64,000 nucleotides of DNA from Heterodontus francisci (taxonomy: Eukaryota): contig NC_090418.1 in assembly GCF_036365525.1 (NCBI RefSeq), positions 5,805,492 to 5,869,491 on the forward strand. The letters are read 5' to 3'. The stretch's first letter is position 1, and every line of letters begins with the position of its first letter. This document shows, piece by piece, positions 23,868-35,215 of this stretch. The position numbers and the translations under genes were made by a program. A model generated the notes under the pieces. That model was not told where the DNA came from, made no database searches, and saw only the letters and a list, made by a program, of their open reading frames with translations.

Positions 23868-26800
23868 TCACATATTGTATGTTTTCTTTATCTCTGCTTT
23901 TATGGTTTCCTTCTCTATAGTTTTCCAGTCAGCAGGGACATCAGCTTTTTTGGCATTGTAAGCCTCAGCAAACTCTTCATTAAAAGTACACAGGACGTAT
24001 TTCCAGTAGGATGCTGCTTGGATGCTGGTGTCTGGTGGAATATTCCAGGAGGCAAAGTAATTATTTACACTGCGGTAGTCTTTGCATGGGTGAAATTCAT
24101 ATTGTGTTTCTGCACAGCGGAATAAAGCATCAGATGCTACTGAAGAAGTACACACTTCCTCTACAAGCTTTTGACTGGAAAGATAGCAAAATTTATACAG
24201 ACCCTGGGGCCGATGTGCTGCAGCAAAATGCTCCTTGTGGCCCGAACCGCCTCGTTCACAAGGCACTCCACAGAACGGGCACATCTTCCCACAGCCGAGA
24301 ACTTGGCGGAAGATTTCTTCATCTGGCTGCACTGGCAGACGAGGCAGAATTTCCTCGATGTCACAGTCTTTGTTGAAGTTTGATATGAGATTCCACTCCA
24401 CATCATCCAAGGCTGCGGCAACATCAGCTGCAAACTCGTTTGCTTTAACAGCATTTTGAAAGCATACAATTTCCAGACTCCCCTTGTCAATCACAAAATC
24501 ATCCTTCAAAATATCGCAAAATTCTGTTAAAAATTCTGACACATTTTCCTTATCACTTGCCGTTGCTTGTTCGATGGCAACTTTTGTCTTCCGTATCAGT
24601 GCTTGGATTATTTTTGTGGCAATCCCTACGATTTTAGTTTTTTCTGTGTAATTCCTTATTATTCTCTTTCTGATCCACTGTTTTGCAAAATCTTCATAGT
24701 CTGTAATGTAATGTTTGTAATTTTCCATACAATGCTCTTCCAACAGTTCTAGTAAAATCACAGACTGGAGGTAGGCTCTGCTGCTCAGTTCATGATTCTT
24801 ACAGCTGGCTTTTACATCCTCAATTATCTCCACACCAAGCTTTTTGTCAGTGGCATTCTGAAAAGCTGGGTGGAGGCAGTTGTTGCACAAAGCTTGAGCC
24901 CTTTTCTGACTTTGGTCTTTCTCCCAGTAAAGATCTTTAAAAGTGGAATAGTAGGCAGCTTTCATTTCTTCCAGACGTGTCAGTGGATCATTCTCTCTAA
25001 AGAAATCTTGGTGCATCTTTTGGAAAACTGGCAGGACGCGACCGCATATATGCAGCTTTAGATCCAGCTCAAAGTTCTCATTAGTGTGAAGCTTTCTATC
25101 ATGTAACTTTTCGTCAATTGTTTTCAGCAATATCTGACAGTAAGTTTGATCAAAGTCAACTTTGGCTTTAACCTTGACTTCTGCATACTCCTCACAGATT
25201 TTTATTACACTATCTGCAAACATTTGCACTTCATCCTTAGGTTGACCTTTAAAAAAATCCCAAATTTTGTGTAAAACCTTCGTAGTGATGTGATGCTTGG
25301 TAACTTCAAAGGGATCCTTCCCTCTTTCAGACAGTTTCCCAGCTCTATCTAACGTCTGAAACACAGCACTGCTCCGATTTCGCAGACTGTTTCTCAGTTG
25401 ATTTTCAAACTCCATTTCAATATTCTGTTTTTTGAATGTCATGCCCTGAAGTGGTTTTACTGTGTCTCTCCACATCTCTTCAAACTGTTCCTCCAGTGAA
25501 CTGTCATCGAGTTCAGTCTCCTGCTGTTTGCATCTTTGTAGAAGTTCACTGACCTGGTTTTGAATATTTCCCTGATACTCCTTCTGTATTCTAACCATCT
25601 TGTCTATGCCTTTGCACCTCTGGATTGCATTGTTGCATCTCTGCTTGCAGTAAATCTCAAGCTCATTTCTCAAACTCCCAGCGCTCAAGGTGAAGTCAGT
25701 TTTGAATTTCTCTACGAGGTGGATATTTTCTGTTTTGCTGTTAAAATATTGAGCCAGGTGATTGAGAATCTTTTGTTTCTGATCTTGGAGGATGCTATTT
25801 GATTCTTGGATCAGAGTCTGATACAGTTCATCAAGCTGATTTAGAGGATGGTTGTCGATATTATTCTCAGCCTTCTCAACCCAGGAATGCATGACCTTCC
25901 TAAAATGCCACTCCCACTTCGAGTACTTCAGACTGAGCTGGCTGTAGGCATCTGCAACTAGACTGTTCCTGAAACTGAAAATGAAATTTTCATATTTTAC
26001 AGCATTCCATAAACTCTTCATCCATTCTGTGAATTGGAGAATTGTAAATGGCTCTCTTTTTCCTTTGCTCTGTTTAAATAAATCAAACAAATATTTCTTC
26101 AGCTCGAATATATTTTCACTGTAGCCAGTGTTTACAGGTGCCATGGGAGGAACACCGTGCCACAGGCCTGGAATGTACCAGTTGTTTTTTTCAGGGTCGT
26201 ACTCCATGACATCTGAAAACTTTGTGAACTCAATGTCTTTCTTCTCCATCTTTGCTGCTGCTCTTGTCATTTCATTTAGCTGATCAAGGAGGTGTTTCCT
26301 GTCTCTCATGTTCTGATCGTGTGCCGACACTTCTCCGACATTCTGATGGATGAACTGGCAGTTCGGTCTGCGCCCGACTTCTTTCATCCTCAGGAAGGCG
26401 TGCACCACTATCTGCAAGACATCCTTCATTTCAGAAGAGTTTTCCATGGCCATGTTGACTAATGTAACATCACTCAATCCAACAACCAGAGTTGCAAGCT
26501 CATTGTCATGTTCATGGCTGTCTTCCAGCTGAGCCAGTTCTGGAGCTTTTAATCCTTCTGTGTCAATAACCATGAGATACTCACAACCAATCTCCTTTTT
26601 CAGATCGCCTGTAATCTTAATCAACTGCATGAAGGCTCCTCTTGTACAGCGCCCACTGCTCACTGCAAACTGTAAACCAAACATTGTATTCAACAGAGTG
26701 GACTTGCCTGTGCTCTGTACACCCAGTACGGTTAAAACAACTATTTTAGTATTTGGTCCCAATTTCTGTGAAAGATTTTTAAGCACAGCGCTGACCCACT

Positions 26801-28594
26801 CTTCAGATATACTGGAAGCATCGCCATCCAAAAGTTCAAGTGGAAAGCCATCTAACATCAGATCAGCAGCAACTTTTGGAAGTGATAAAAACTGGCGACT
26901 ATTTTCCAGCAGAAGATGTTCACGAACTAAAGTTATCTCAGCTTCGTACATCTGCCCTATTTCCCGCATGAAATGCTCTAGCCCCAGAGAACTGTCCGAT
27001 ATTTGTTTGTCGAGTTCTATGAGCTTTTCACTTTCAGCAGGTGAGGCATTATACTGTTGTTTGTAATTCTCTCGCAATTCAGAAAGCTCCTGTCGCGCAG
27101 TGGCATCAAGAAAATATTTGATCCACTTCAGGAAAAAGCGTCTTTCTTCATTGGTCGTGTTTGCCATTTCAGTGACAAACTCAGAAAGGCTGTCAGTAAT
27201 ATCATATTCTCTCTGTTTCTTCCGCAGGTTTTTTTGTTCTTGTCTAAGCTCGTAGTTGTACATTTCTACAGGCTTATCTCCACGCTTTCTCTGCCGACAA
27301 AGCTCCTTATCTAACCTGGACCATTTTTTCCAGAGCTCTCCTTGTAATGGTAACTTTTCCATTTTGTACTCTGCGACACTTTGCGTGCCTTTTATGGCAA
27401 CAGTAATTTCCTCTGCCGCTTCTTTTGCTCGTTGGCACCTTGACTCATCTTCATCAACACTTATTTCTAACTCCCGAGCTACAGCAGCCATTTCCTCAAT
27501 GCTCATCAGGTTGGTCGCGTCTTCCAAAGTGTCCCTGATGCTCGCCTGGATCTGTTCAACAAACTCTGATGCATTTATGTTTTTATTTTTAATGATTACA
27601 TCATTCCTGTCCAGTTTCATTAACGGGGCAAGTTTCTGTAGAAAGCTGCCAGTCGAAGCCTGCTGCTCAGGTGGTGGATTCAGGATTAGGAAGTATCGTG
27701 TTTGCATTTCTGCAATGGAGTCCAGTAACTCAAATTCATCAGTACCTATTTGATCGACAAATATAAAGACTGCTGAGGATACCTTAGCCAAGAAGTGGAC
27801 TTGAGAGTGTAGCACGCTTGCATCACCGCGGAGGTTGGCAATGAGAACAGGTTCTGTGAAGATATCAATATTTCTCTTGCCACAAGGGAGATACACGCAG
27901 AACTCAACTAAACCATCAGAAATTTTACGAGGAATGTCACCACATTCCATGCTGTTAGTGATAAAGAAATTGTGATGATGGTGTGGGTTGCTTAACACCT
28001 CATTAAGAATCTTTGATTTAGATGTACTGCAACTACCTAAACGAATAAACGAAATCACATGCATCGGTGTGGTTGCCATTGCTGCCTCTTTAAATCCTTT
28101 ACTTGCTTCTAGTGATTTAGGCCTCCACTTCTTCACAATGAAACGCATGGCCCACAGCAGTAAGGTGGGGCCATCCTTACTGTAGTCTGGTAATAAGAGA
28201 GGCAAAGCAAATTGGCACATGGACATCTTCATCATCATCTCTTGCTGCAGGAAGCTATCAGCACAAAGGAAAACTGCAGTAATGACATCCAGAGGATTGC
28301 ACAAATCACCAGCCTCTTTTCCCTGGATATCAAAAAGGTTAGAAAAGTTTGTTTTATCAGCGGTCGGCGTTCTGTCTTTAGCAGCGTCTGCTGAGCATTT
28401 GATGTTTCTGGCCGTCAAGTTGAGAATCATAAGTTTCTTTAGAAAATACCACGGAGCTTCTTCCAGGGTTTGAGGCTTTGCACAGACCATGGTTTCTGGG
28501 CCAATTTCAAGAACTTTGTTTAAAGAAAGTTTCTCTGTGAAGTGTTTCTGCAGTTTCAGCTTGGAAAGTATTTCCTGAAGATTCTTTTCTTTGA
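23868..28594 (-). CDS. Giant terminal exon: URGCP/GVIN1-like (up-regulator of cell proliferation / interferon-induced very large GTPase 1-like) body
   Basis: Inside the uninterrupted 1611-aa ORF. Family motifs NPLDVITAVFLCADSFLQQE..CQFALPLLLP, G1 VLGVQSTGKSTLLN, FAVSSGRCTRGAF, G3 IDTEGL, HDNELATLVVGLSD and LWNAVKYENFIFSFRN, plus C-terminal CPFCGVPC..HRPQGL. The ORF-track start at 28703 is intronic. Confidence 0.93.
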
Positions 28595-31500
28595 CTGTAG
28601 AATGAGAGATGAAAATGCTTGTGATATGCACAGTAAATGCCTGCATTTTATGATGCCATTGTCTGTCCCATTTGGGACTAATACAGTTTTCAAAAAGATT
28701 CAATTGTTTACATTGAGTTACACAAAGTTTATAATCAGAGATTCCCCCCGATAGTCAAGTGTCCGTCTACTCTAGTGAGAATGAGTTCCAGGATTTTTTC
28801 CATATCAGTTATTTCAAACCCAGAAACTCCTGATCCAGAGCCAATTGCATCAAACAGTTTATTTTTGATTTTAACACCTCCAATTCAGAAAGTTTATTCC
28901 TAATACTGTATGTTTATTTCCTTCTTTGCTTAAATGCCACCATCTTCTTGCATCTCCTAATGGGTCACAGCAGTTAGATTGTCCATGATTGAGGAACAGG
29001 AGGAGGCCATTTAATCTCTTGAACCTGTTCCACTGTTCAATGGCTGACCTATGACCTAACTCCATATACCCGCCTTTGCCCCATATCCCTTACTCAGCTA
29101 CCCATTACCCTTAAACCTCTTCCAGATGTTCATCCCTCCTGCACCATAAAAATTGTTTATTTTCCTTACCCACTAAATATCTCATCCAACTCTTAACAAT
29201 TGATTACAAAGGATTGCATACAATATACAGCACAAAGGTCATTTGACCAACCATGCTGGCGTTTCTGCTCCACTTGAGCTGTCCCCCCCGTCTTTCTTCC
29301 TCTAACTCTATCAGCATAATCCTCTATTCCCTTCTCCCTCACGTTTGTCTAGCCTCCCCTGAACTGCATCTATACTATTCGCTTCAACCACTCCCTGTGG
29401 TAGTGAGTTCCACATTCTCACCACTCTTTACATCAAGAAGTTTCTCCTGAATTCTCTGTTTGATTTCTTGGTGACTATCTTATACTTATGGCCTCTTGTT
29501 TTGGTCTTTCCCAAAAGTGTCTACTCTTTCAAAACCTTTCATAATTGTAAAGATCTTGAATAAGTCACTCCTCAGCTTTCTCTTTTCAAGAGAAAAGAGA
29601 CCCAGCCTGTTCATCCTCTCGTCATAGGTATACCTCATATTTCTGGTATCATCCTTGCAAATTTTTTTTGCACTCTCTCTGGTGTCTCTATATCTTTTAT
29701 ATAATATGGTGACCAGAATTGTATGCAATACTCCGGGTGTAGTCTAAGGTTCGATATAAGTTTAACAGGAAGTTAGATGAGCTGCTTTCCAACCCTCAGA
29801 GATTTCCCCTTTATCTGACTAACGTTTAATAACACCAATCAAAAAGGTTTCTCTGAATTCTATCCTGTCATCCTTAAAACCTTGTTGCTGCACATTGAAT
29901 GTTTTTTGTCTACTTGAAGTCATATTGGCTCAGTGCTTAGTATCATTGCATATGGATCAGAGAGTTGTGGGGCTTGAGCCAGATTGCATGAGTTTGAGAT
30001 CATTGAGCAGACACTTGAGCGCAGTACTGAGGGAACTTTACGTTGTCGGGGAACTGACCTTTAGATGATAAGTTAATTAGAGATCCTCTCTGCCTGTTCC
30101 AGTGGTTTGGTTAGACATTAAGGAGGGGGATCTTTGACTTGAGCCTTAAAACAGGCAGCAAGTCAACAGAGTGATTGATTTGCATGTTAGTCAGAGCCAG
30201 CCTGCAGAGTTCATCTGAATGGAACCAAACAGTCATCCCTTTAAAGCTCCTGATGACTTCCAACTAGCTCTGACTCCCAGTCGGTTACAGTTAGGACCTG
30301 GGAGGTGGAGCGGGAGTGGGTGGTGGGAGGGGAGCACTTGGGGTAAAGCATTCTATATTCTAATAAACATCTAGACCTTGGCACCTTATCCTAGTTGAGC
30401 ATCCACAATGCTGCTAACTCATGTTATACCTACATTGTATAAAACTCCATGCTTAGAAAACTGAGTGGTATGAAATTGTGATGTTGTATTGAGCATAAGA
30501 GAATCCTCTGCTATTGTAAAAGCAGTGTTAGTCCATTTACACTAAATCAGTCACAACTTTTGTTACAGTGTAGAACAAAGGAATTTTGTACGTAACGCAT
30601 TTGTTTATGACATTGCACAATGTGAGTTCAATCCAAAGTTTTTCTCACTTTCAAGACATGGGTATTAGAAATGTGAACCAGTAGGCAAAGGGAACTAATC
30701 TGATTCGTAAACAGGCCCGCCATTGTACAGATCACGATAGGCTCCGTCTAGTCAACACAATAAACTGTTATTTGTTGCAGACTCGGTTCATTAAATGATT
30801 CACCTGTCACCCCTGTGCTTGCTGACCTATGTTGGCTTCTGGTCAAGTAATATCTCGATTTTAAAATTCTCGTCCTTATTTTCAAATCCCTGCCTTGACT
30901 ATCTCTGTAATCTCCTCCAGCCCCACAACCCTCGAGATATCCTCTAATTCTGGCCTATTGAGCATCCCCGATTTTAATGGGTCCACCATTGGCATCCATG
31001 CCTTCAGCGGCCTGGGCCCCAAGCTCTGGAATTCTCTGTCTACAGCTTTGCGCCTCACTTTCCTCCTTTAAGATGCTCCTTAAAATCTATCGCTTTGACC
31101 TAGCTGTTGGTCACCTGTCCTAATCATCTTATGGGGCTTGGTGTCAAATTTTGTTTTATAATGCTCCTGTGAAGTGCCTTGTGAGATTTTATTACATTAA
31201 AGACGCTATATAAATCGAAGTTGTTGTTGATAATGCACCTTCTCTTCCGATACCCTGTTTCTTTTCTTGTTCTTGATTGAGCAAGAGCTCCTTGGCAGCA
31301 GTGGTCCCATTTGCATTACTGTGGCAAGGTTCACCTGAATAAGGAGTATAAACAGTTCTTGTAAGTTCTACAATGCATTGAAATACCACTACTTCCACAA
31401 AAGGTTAGGAAGATAGGAGCAGGAGGAGGCCGTTCAGCCCCTCGAACCTCTTCTGCCATTGAGTGAGATCATGGCTGACCTGTGACCTAACTCCATATCC

Positions 31501-32491
31501 CTTGATGTTAAACTCCAAAAGCGTGTCTGCAAAGTCAACACACATTTGTCTGACAATGTCTCTGCCTAACAGATGGAAGATTAAGAATACAATGAAAATG
31601 GTCGCAAGCAGGCATTTAATTTAATCAAGTACTTAGCATCAGAAAGGCTGAAAAGATCACAGGTTGTACCTCCATCCGAGTGTTAAAGATCGGGGGATTA
31701 GAGTTTCTGCTTTGGCCGCAATTGTCAATCCGGCCGCAAATAGCACCCAAAATTTTCCAAAGTGAAATTATGGTTCAAGGTTCCACTCAAACTCATTCGC
31801 ATAATCACAAAGGTAAAATTTTCCACAAACTGGGCAGAATTTTATAATGTAATTGTTTATTTCTCTCCCTTTCTTTTAAAAAATTGCTGCATCTAAGAGC
31901 AGTAACGTGGTGCAGCTTTACTAATATAGCTGCACTGCGCAGAACCATATACTAGTTTCATTAGTGCATGCAAGCTTCTTAGGAAATGAAATATTTTTGT
32001 AATTTTTAAAAGGTGCGTACTGGCGCCCTTGCGCCTAAATTTTTAATTTTAGGCATCTCAAAGAGCTGCAAATGGGCACAATTAGTAGAAATGAGCAATG
32101 CTGATTCATTCGATCTTGGTTATAAGATTAAGCATCTTGCAATCTAATTGTTAACATAGTAATATTGACTTACAAGGTCCCACTCACCTATTGCTGCAGG
32201 ATAAAACCCAGACAATACCTCATTCAGTCCTGGGAGCTCACTTTGTAAGCTTTGTAGAACTGCAAGAAAGCTGCCACAAGCCTCCTCTCCCTTCTGAACC
32301 ACAATGTTTATAAGTGTTCTGATCTCTGCCATGGGGTCTGCTATCCCGTCTATCTGATCATACTCCTTGCTTGTGATGATAAGCGTCGCATCCAACTCAT
32401 CAAGGATGATGTTTGGTTGTTCTTTAAGAATGTTCATGAGTTTTCTGCGTATTCTCCGTACAATGTCTGATGGACGGTGTTCTCCAGCCAT
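23868..32491 (-). CDS. CARD-containing URGCP/GVIN1(VLIG)-family very large GTPase; join(32188-32491, 31239-31334, 23868-28594), ~1708 aa
   Basis: CARD exon starts at an ATG in ACAATGG and ends at ATAG|gtgagt (phase 1). A 96-nt phase 1-1 exon follows. The acceptor ctcattctacag|TCAAA opens a 4727-nt exon in matching phase 1. Total 5127 nt, no internal stops. Extra small exons cannot be excluded. Confidence 0.8.
30800..31229 (+). mobile_element. L2/CR1-type LINE 3' fragment
   Basis: CACATCACCCCTGTGCT-like and CTCTGGAATTC motifs; ends ATATAAATCGAAGTTGTTGTTG. Similar tails lie at 9955-10250, 42828-43060 and 63660-63870. Confidence 0.7.
31239..31334 (-). CDS. Linker exon of the CARD-GTPase gene (GEPCHSNANGTTAAKELLLNQEQEKKQGIGRE)
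   Basis: tattcag|GTGAAC...GAGAAG|gtgcat; 96 nt, open and phase-compatible on both sides. The donor is weak. Confidence 0.55.
32188..32491 (-). CDS. CARD (death-fold) domain exon
   Basis: MAGEHRPSDIVRRIRRKLMNILKEQPNIILDELDATLIITSKEYDQI...IRTLINIVVQKGEEACGSFLAVL shows the CARD pattern (ILD.L....II...EY..I; R.L...V..KGE.AC..FL..L). An acceptor at 32513/32514 implies an upstream non-coding exon. Confidence 0.88.
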
Positions 32492-34320
32492 TGTGTGGGA
32501 CAATTAGTAACACCTACAAAAAAAAATACAAAATCATTAGCCCACTAGCCATTAAATTTTGAATTAAATTGGAAACGTTAATTTTCTGCGTGCCATTCTG
32601 GCCGCCTTTTACAATATTGTAAATTCTGATTCCTAGCCACAGACTCAGAAGCACACTCCCACAGTGCCAGTGAGAAATACTAGATGAAATTTAGTGCCAA
32701 CTGGACTGTGATTTTTTTATTTTCTTTTTCATTCGTGGGATGTGGGCATCACTGGCTAGGCCAGCATTTATTGCCCGTCCCTAATTGCCCTTGAGAAGGT
32801 GGTGGTGAGCCGCCTTCTTGAACCACAGTGCTGTTAGGTAGGGAGTTCCAGGAGTTTGACCCAGCGACAGTGAAGGAACAGCCGCTATAGTTCCAAGTTG
32901 GGATGGTGTGTGACTTGGAGGGGAACTTATAGGTGTTGGTGTTCCCTTGCCTGATTCTCGCGTCAGGTATAGTTAAAGAACTAGCTGATTTTGTTTCTAT
33001 TTGGAATAAATTGAAAAGGGCCATTGGCTTTGTGGGAAAAAAATTGCTAATTTTTTGTTTTCCTTTCGGGAAGAACCAGAAAAGCTGAACCTCATTTTTT
33101 TGCTGGTGATGCCAGCTACAATTATCCACTTTGCCGTGATTCGTGTCATTTCATTATTGATTGCAAACAAATGGGTACATTTCCACTTTGGAATCCTTCC
33201 TTACGCTTCCCTGGGGGAGAGCTTTGTGCTGTGTCTATTTCTAGAACACCAGTGTACGAATACTCTTGTGTGCTGCCACCAGATATTAAATAGGACATAA
33301 ACTGTGATTGCCACTGTTAGCATGGGGGTCTTGCTAGATGCAATTATGATCATAGATCAGACTTCAAGGTTGAAGCCGCAATTCTACTTGCTGTGTTTGA
33401 CATTTATCTCACACCTGATAAGGTTTTGTGACTGAAGTGGAGCTTTGCAACCTCCACTGTTAACATGGCCCAATTTTCAGACTTTGCTGAATATTTTCCA
33501 TGGCAGGTCTGATTGGCATCAAGCAGAGGTCGTCATGTCCTTGCCTATCTCCTTTGCAAAACTGGCAAAGTGACATGGAAGTCATTTCTACCAGAGAACC
33601 ACACCCAATTATCCTCTGGACTTGACAGCACCATGTTAAGGGCTGCCAGCATTCTGGAGACCATTTCCAGAGAGCTGATGCTGAGTGATATGCTATATGA
33701 AGAGCCAGCAGTGGGTGTCAGCCGTGGCTCATCTGGTGGCGCACGCTCCTCTGAGCCAGCAGGTCATGAGTCCAAGCTCCACTCCAGACCTCCACCTGTG
33801 ATGTGTATTGCTGATCTCACCAGCATATGTGGGGGTCAGCTTAATGTCATTGGTATGGTGAGCCACCGACACAACCCCAGTGCAAAACAGGAGTAAACCG
33901 CGAGGGGTACGGGAGGGGGAGCTTGTTAGTACAAAATTTAAAAGCCTGACGAAACTTAATGGCGGCAGTTTTCTGGAGGGCAGCCAAATGGATAATTTCT
34001 CTTCAGCTGTACATAGAATCTTATGGTACAGAAGGAGACCATTCACAAGAGACCACTCCCCCTGCTCATCCTCCACAGCCCTGCAAATTATTCCTTTTCA
34101 AGTATTTATCCAATTTCCCTTTTGAAAGTTGCTATTGAATCTGCTTCCACCGCCCTTTCAGGCAGCGCATTCCAGATCACAACAACTCGCTGCATATGAA
34201 AAAATCTCCTCATCTCCTCCTGTGGTTTTTTTTGCCAGATATCTTAAATCTGTTTCCTCTGGTTACCGAGCCCCCTACTAGTGGAAATGTTACTCTTGTC
34301 AAAACCCTTCAAAGTTTTGA

Positions 34321-34848
34321 ACACCTCATGGGAGAGGCTGGATATAAGGAGCTGTAAGGCTTGTGAGGAATGTTCTAATCACAGGTTGCAGATGGGGAGA
34401 GTTAGAGAGCTATAGGGCCATGGCTTTCTGGGACTGCCAGAGCAGCCCATTACCCAGTAACTCAGAGAACAAAGCAACAAGGCCAGAACTTCTCTGTTGC
34501 AGACCATAAGCCCTGCTGGATGACAAATGCACGATTGCTGGGCTCGGAGGGGTGAACGCTTGTGAAAGGTGTTGACTGGTAGGAGACGGTACTTAACAGC
34601 AGGACCTTTGATCAATGCCACAGGAACCTCAATGACCTGACGAGCAAACAAGGCAAAGAAACTGACAACTGTGCCTTTTCATTTTGGCAGCACAAAGCAT
34701 TCATCTTCTCTTAAATAGAATGACAAGTTGTCGTGCACAGAAAGCCGTAGCCCTATAGCTCTCCAACTCTCCCAACCTGCAACCTGTGTTTAGAACATTC
34801 CTCGCAAACCTTACAGCTCCTTTATATCCAGCCTTTCCCATGAGGTGT
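34321..34848. repeat. ~110-bp inverted repeat (arms 34321-34430 and 34738-34848)
   Basis: Reverse complement of the right arm aligns to the left arm with about 10 differences; spacer ~307 bp. Confidence 0.9.
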
Positions 34849-34849
34849 G

Positions 34850-35215
34850 GCTCATTAGGAAGTAATGTCTGCTCTGAGCCAGCAGGTTGTGGTAGAGTCA
34901 CTTCCGGTGCAGTACTGAGGGAGTGCTGCACTGTCGGAGGGGCTATACTGAGGAGGTGCTACATTGTTGGAGGTGGACATAAAAGATTCCACAACACTGT
35001 TTGAAGAAGAGCAGGGGAGTTCTCCCCGGTGTCCTGGGTCTACAATCATCCCTCAACCAACACCACTGAAACAGATTGTCTGGTCATTATCACAGTGCAG
35101 TTTGTGGGAACTTGCTGTGTGCAAATTTGGCTGCCGCAGTTCTTACATTACAATTGCGACTACACTTCAGAAGTACCTCATTAGGTGTAAAATGCTTTGG
35201 GATGCTCTTAAGTTG
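34850..35215 (+). mobile_element. Deu-domain SINE (SacSINE1-like)
   Basis: GTGCAGTACTGAGGGAGTGCTGCACTGTCGGAGG core, GAAGAAGAGCAGGGGAGTTCTCCC and an L2-like tail TGTAAAATGCTTTGGGATG. Confidence 0.7.

Noticed and set aside
28595-28703. N-terminal 36 codons of the 1611-aa ORF (TTG start)
   Set aside because: Non-ATG start that runs through a polypyrimidine tract and ctacag acceptor; it is intron sequence that happens to be open.
24011-28754. Many plus-strand ORFs overlapping the GTPase exon
   Set aside because: Antisense shadow ORFs of a long coding exon, with no motifs of their own.
28880-28966. Additional GTPase exon GDARRWWHLSKEGNKHT
   Set aside because: Weak acceptor, no convincing phase-compatible donor, and not needed to keep the frame.
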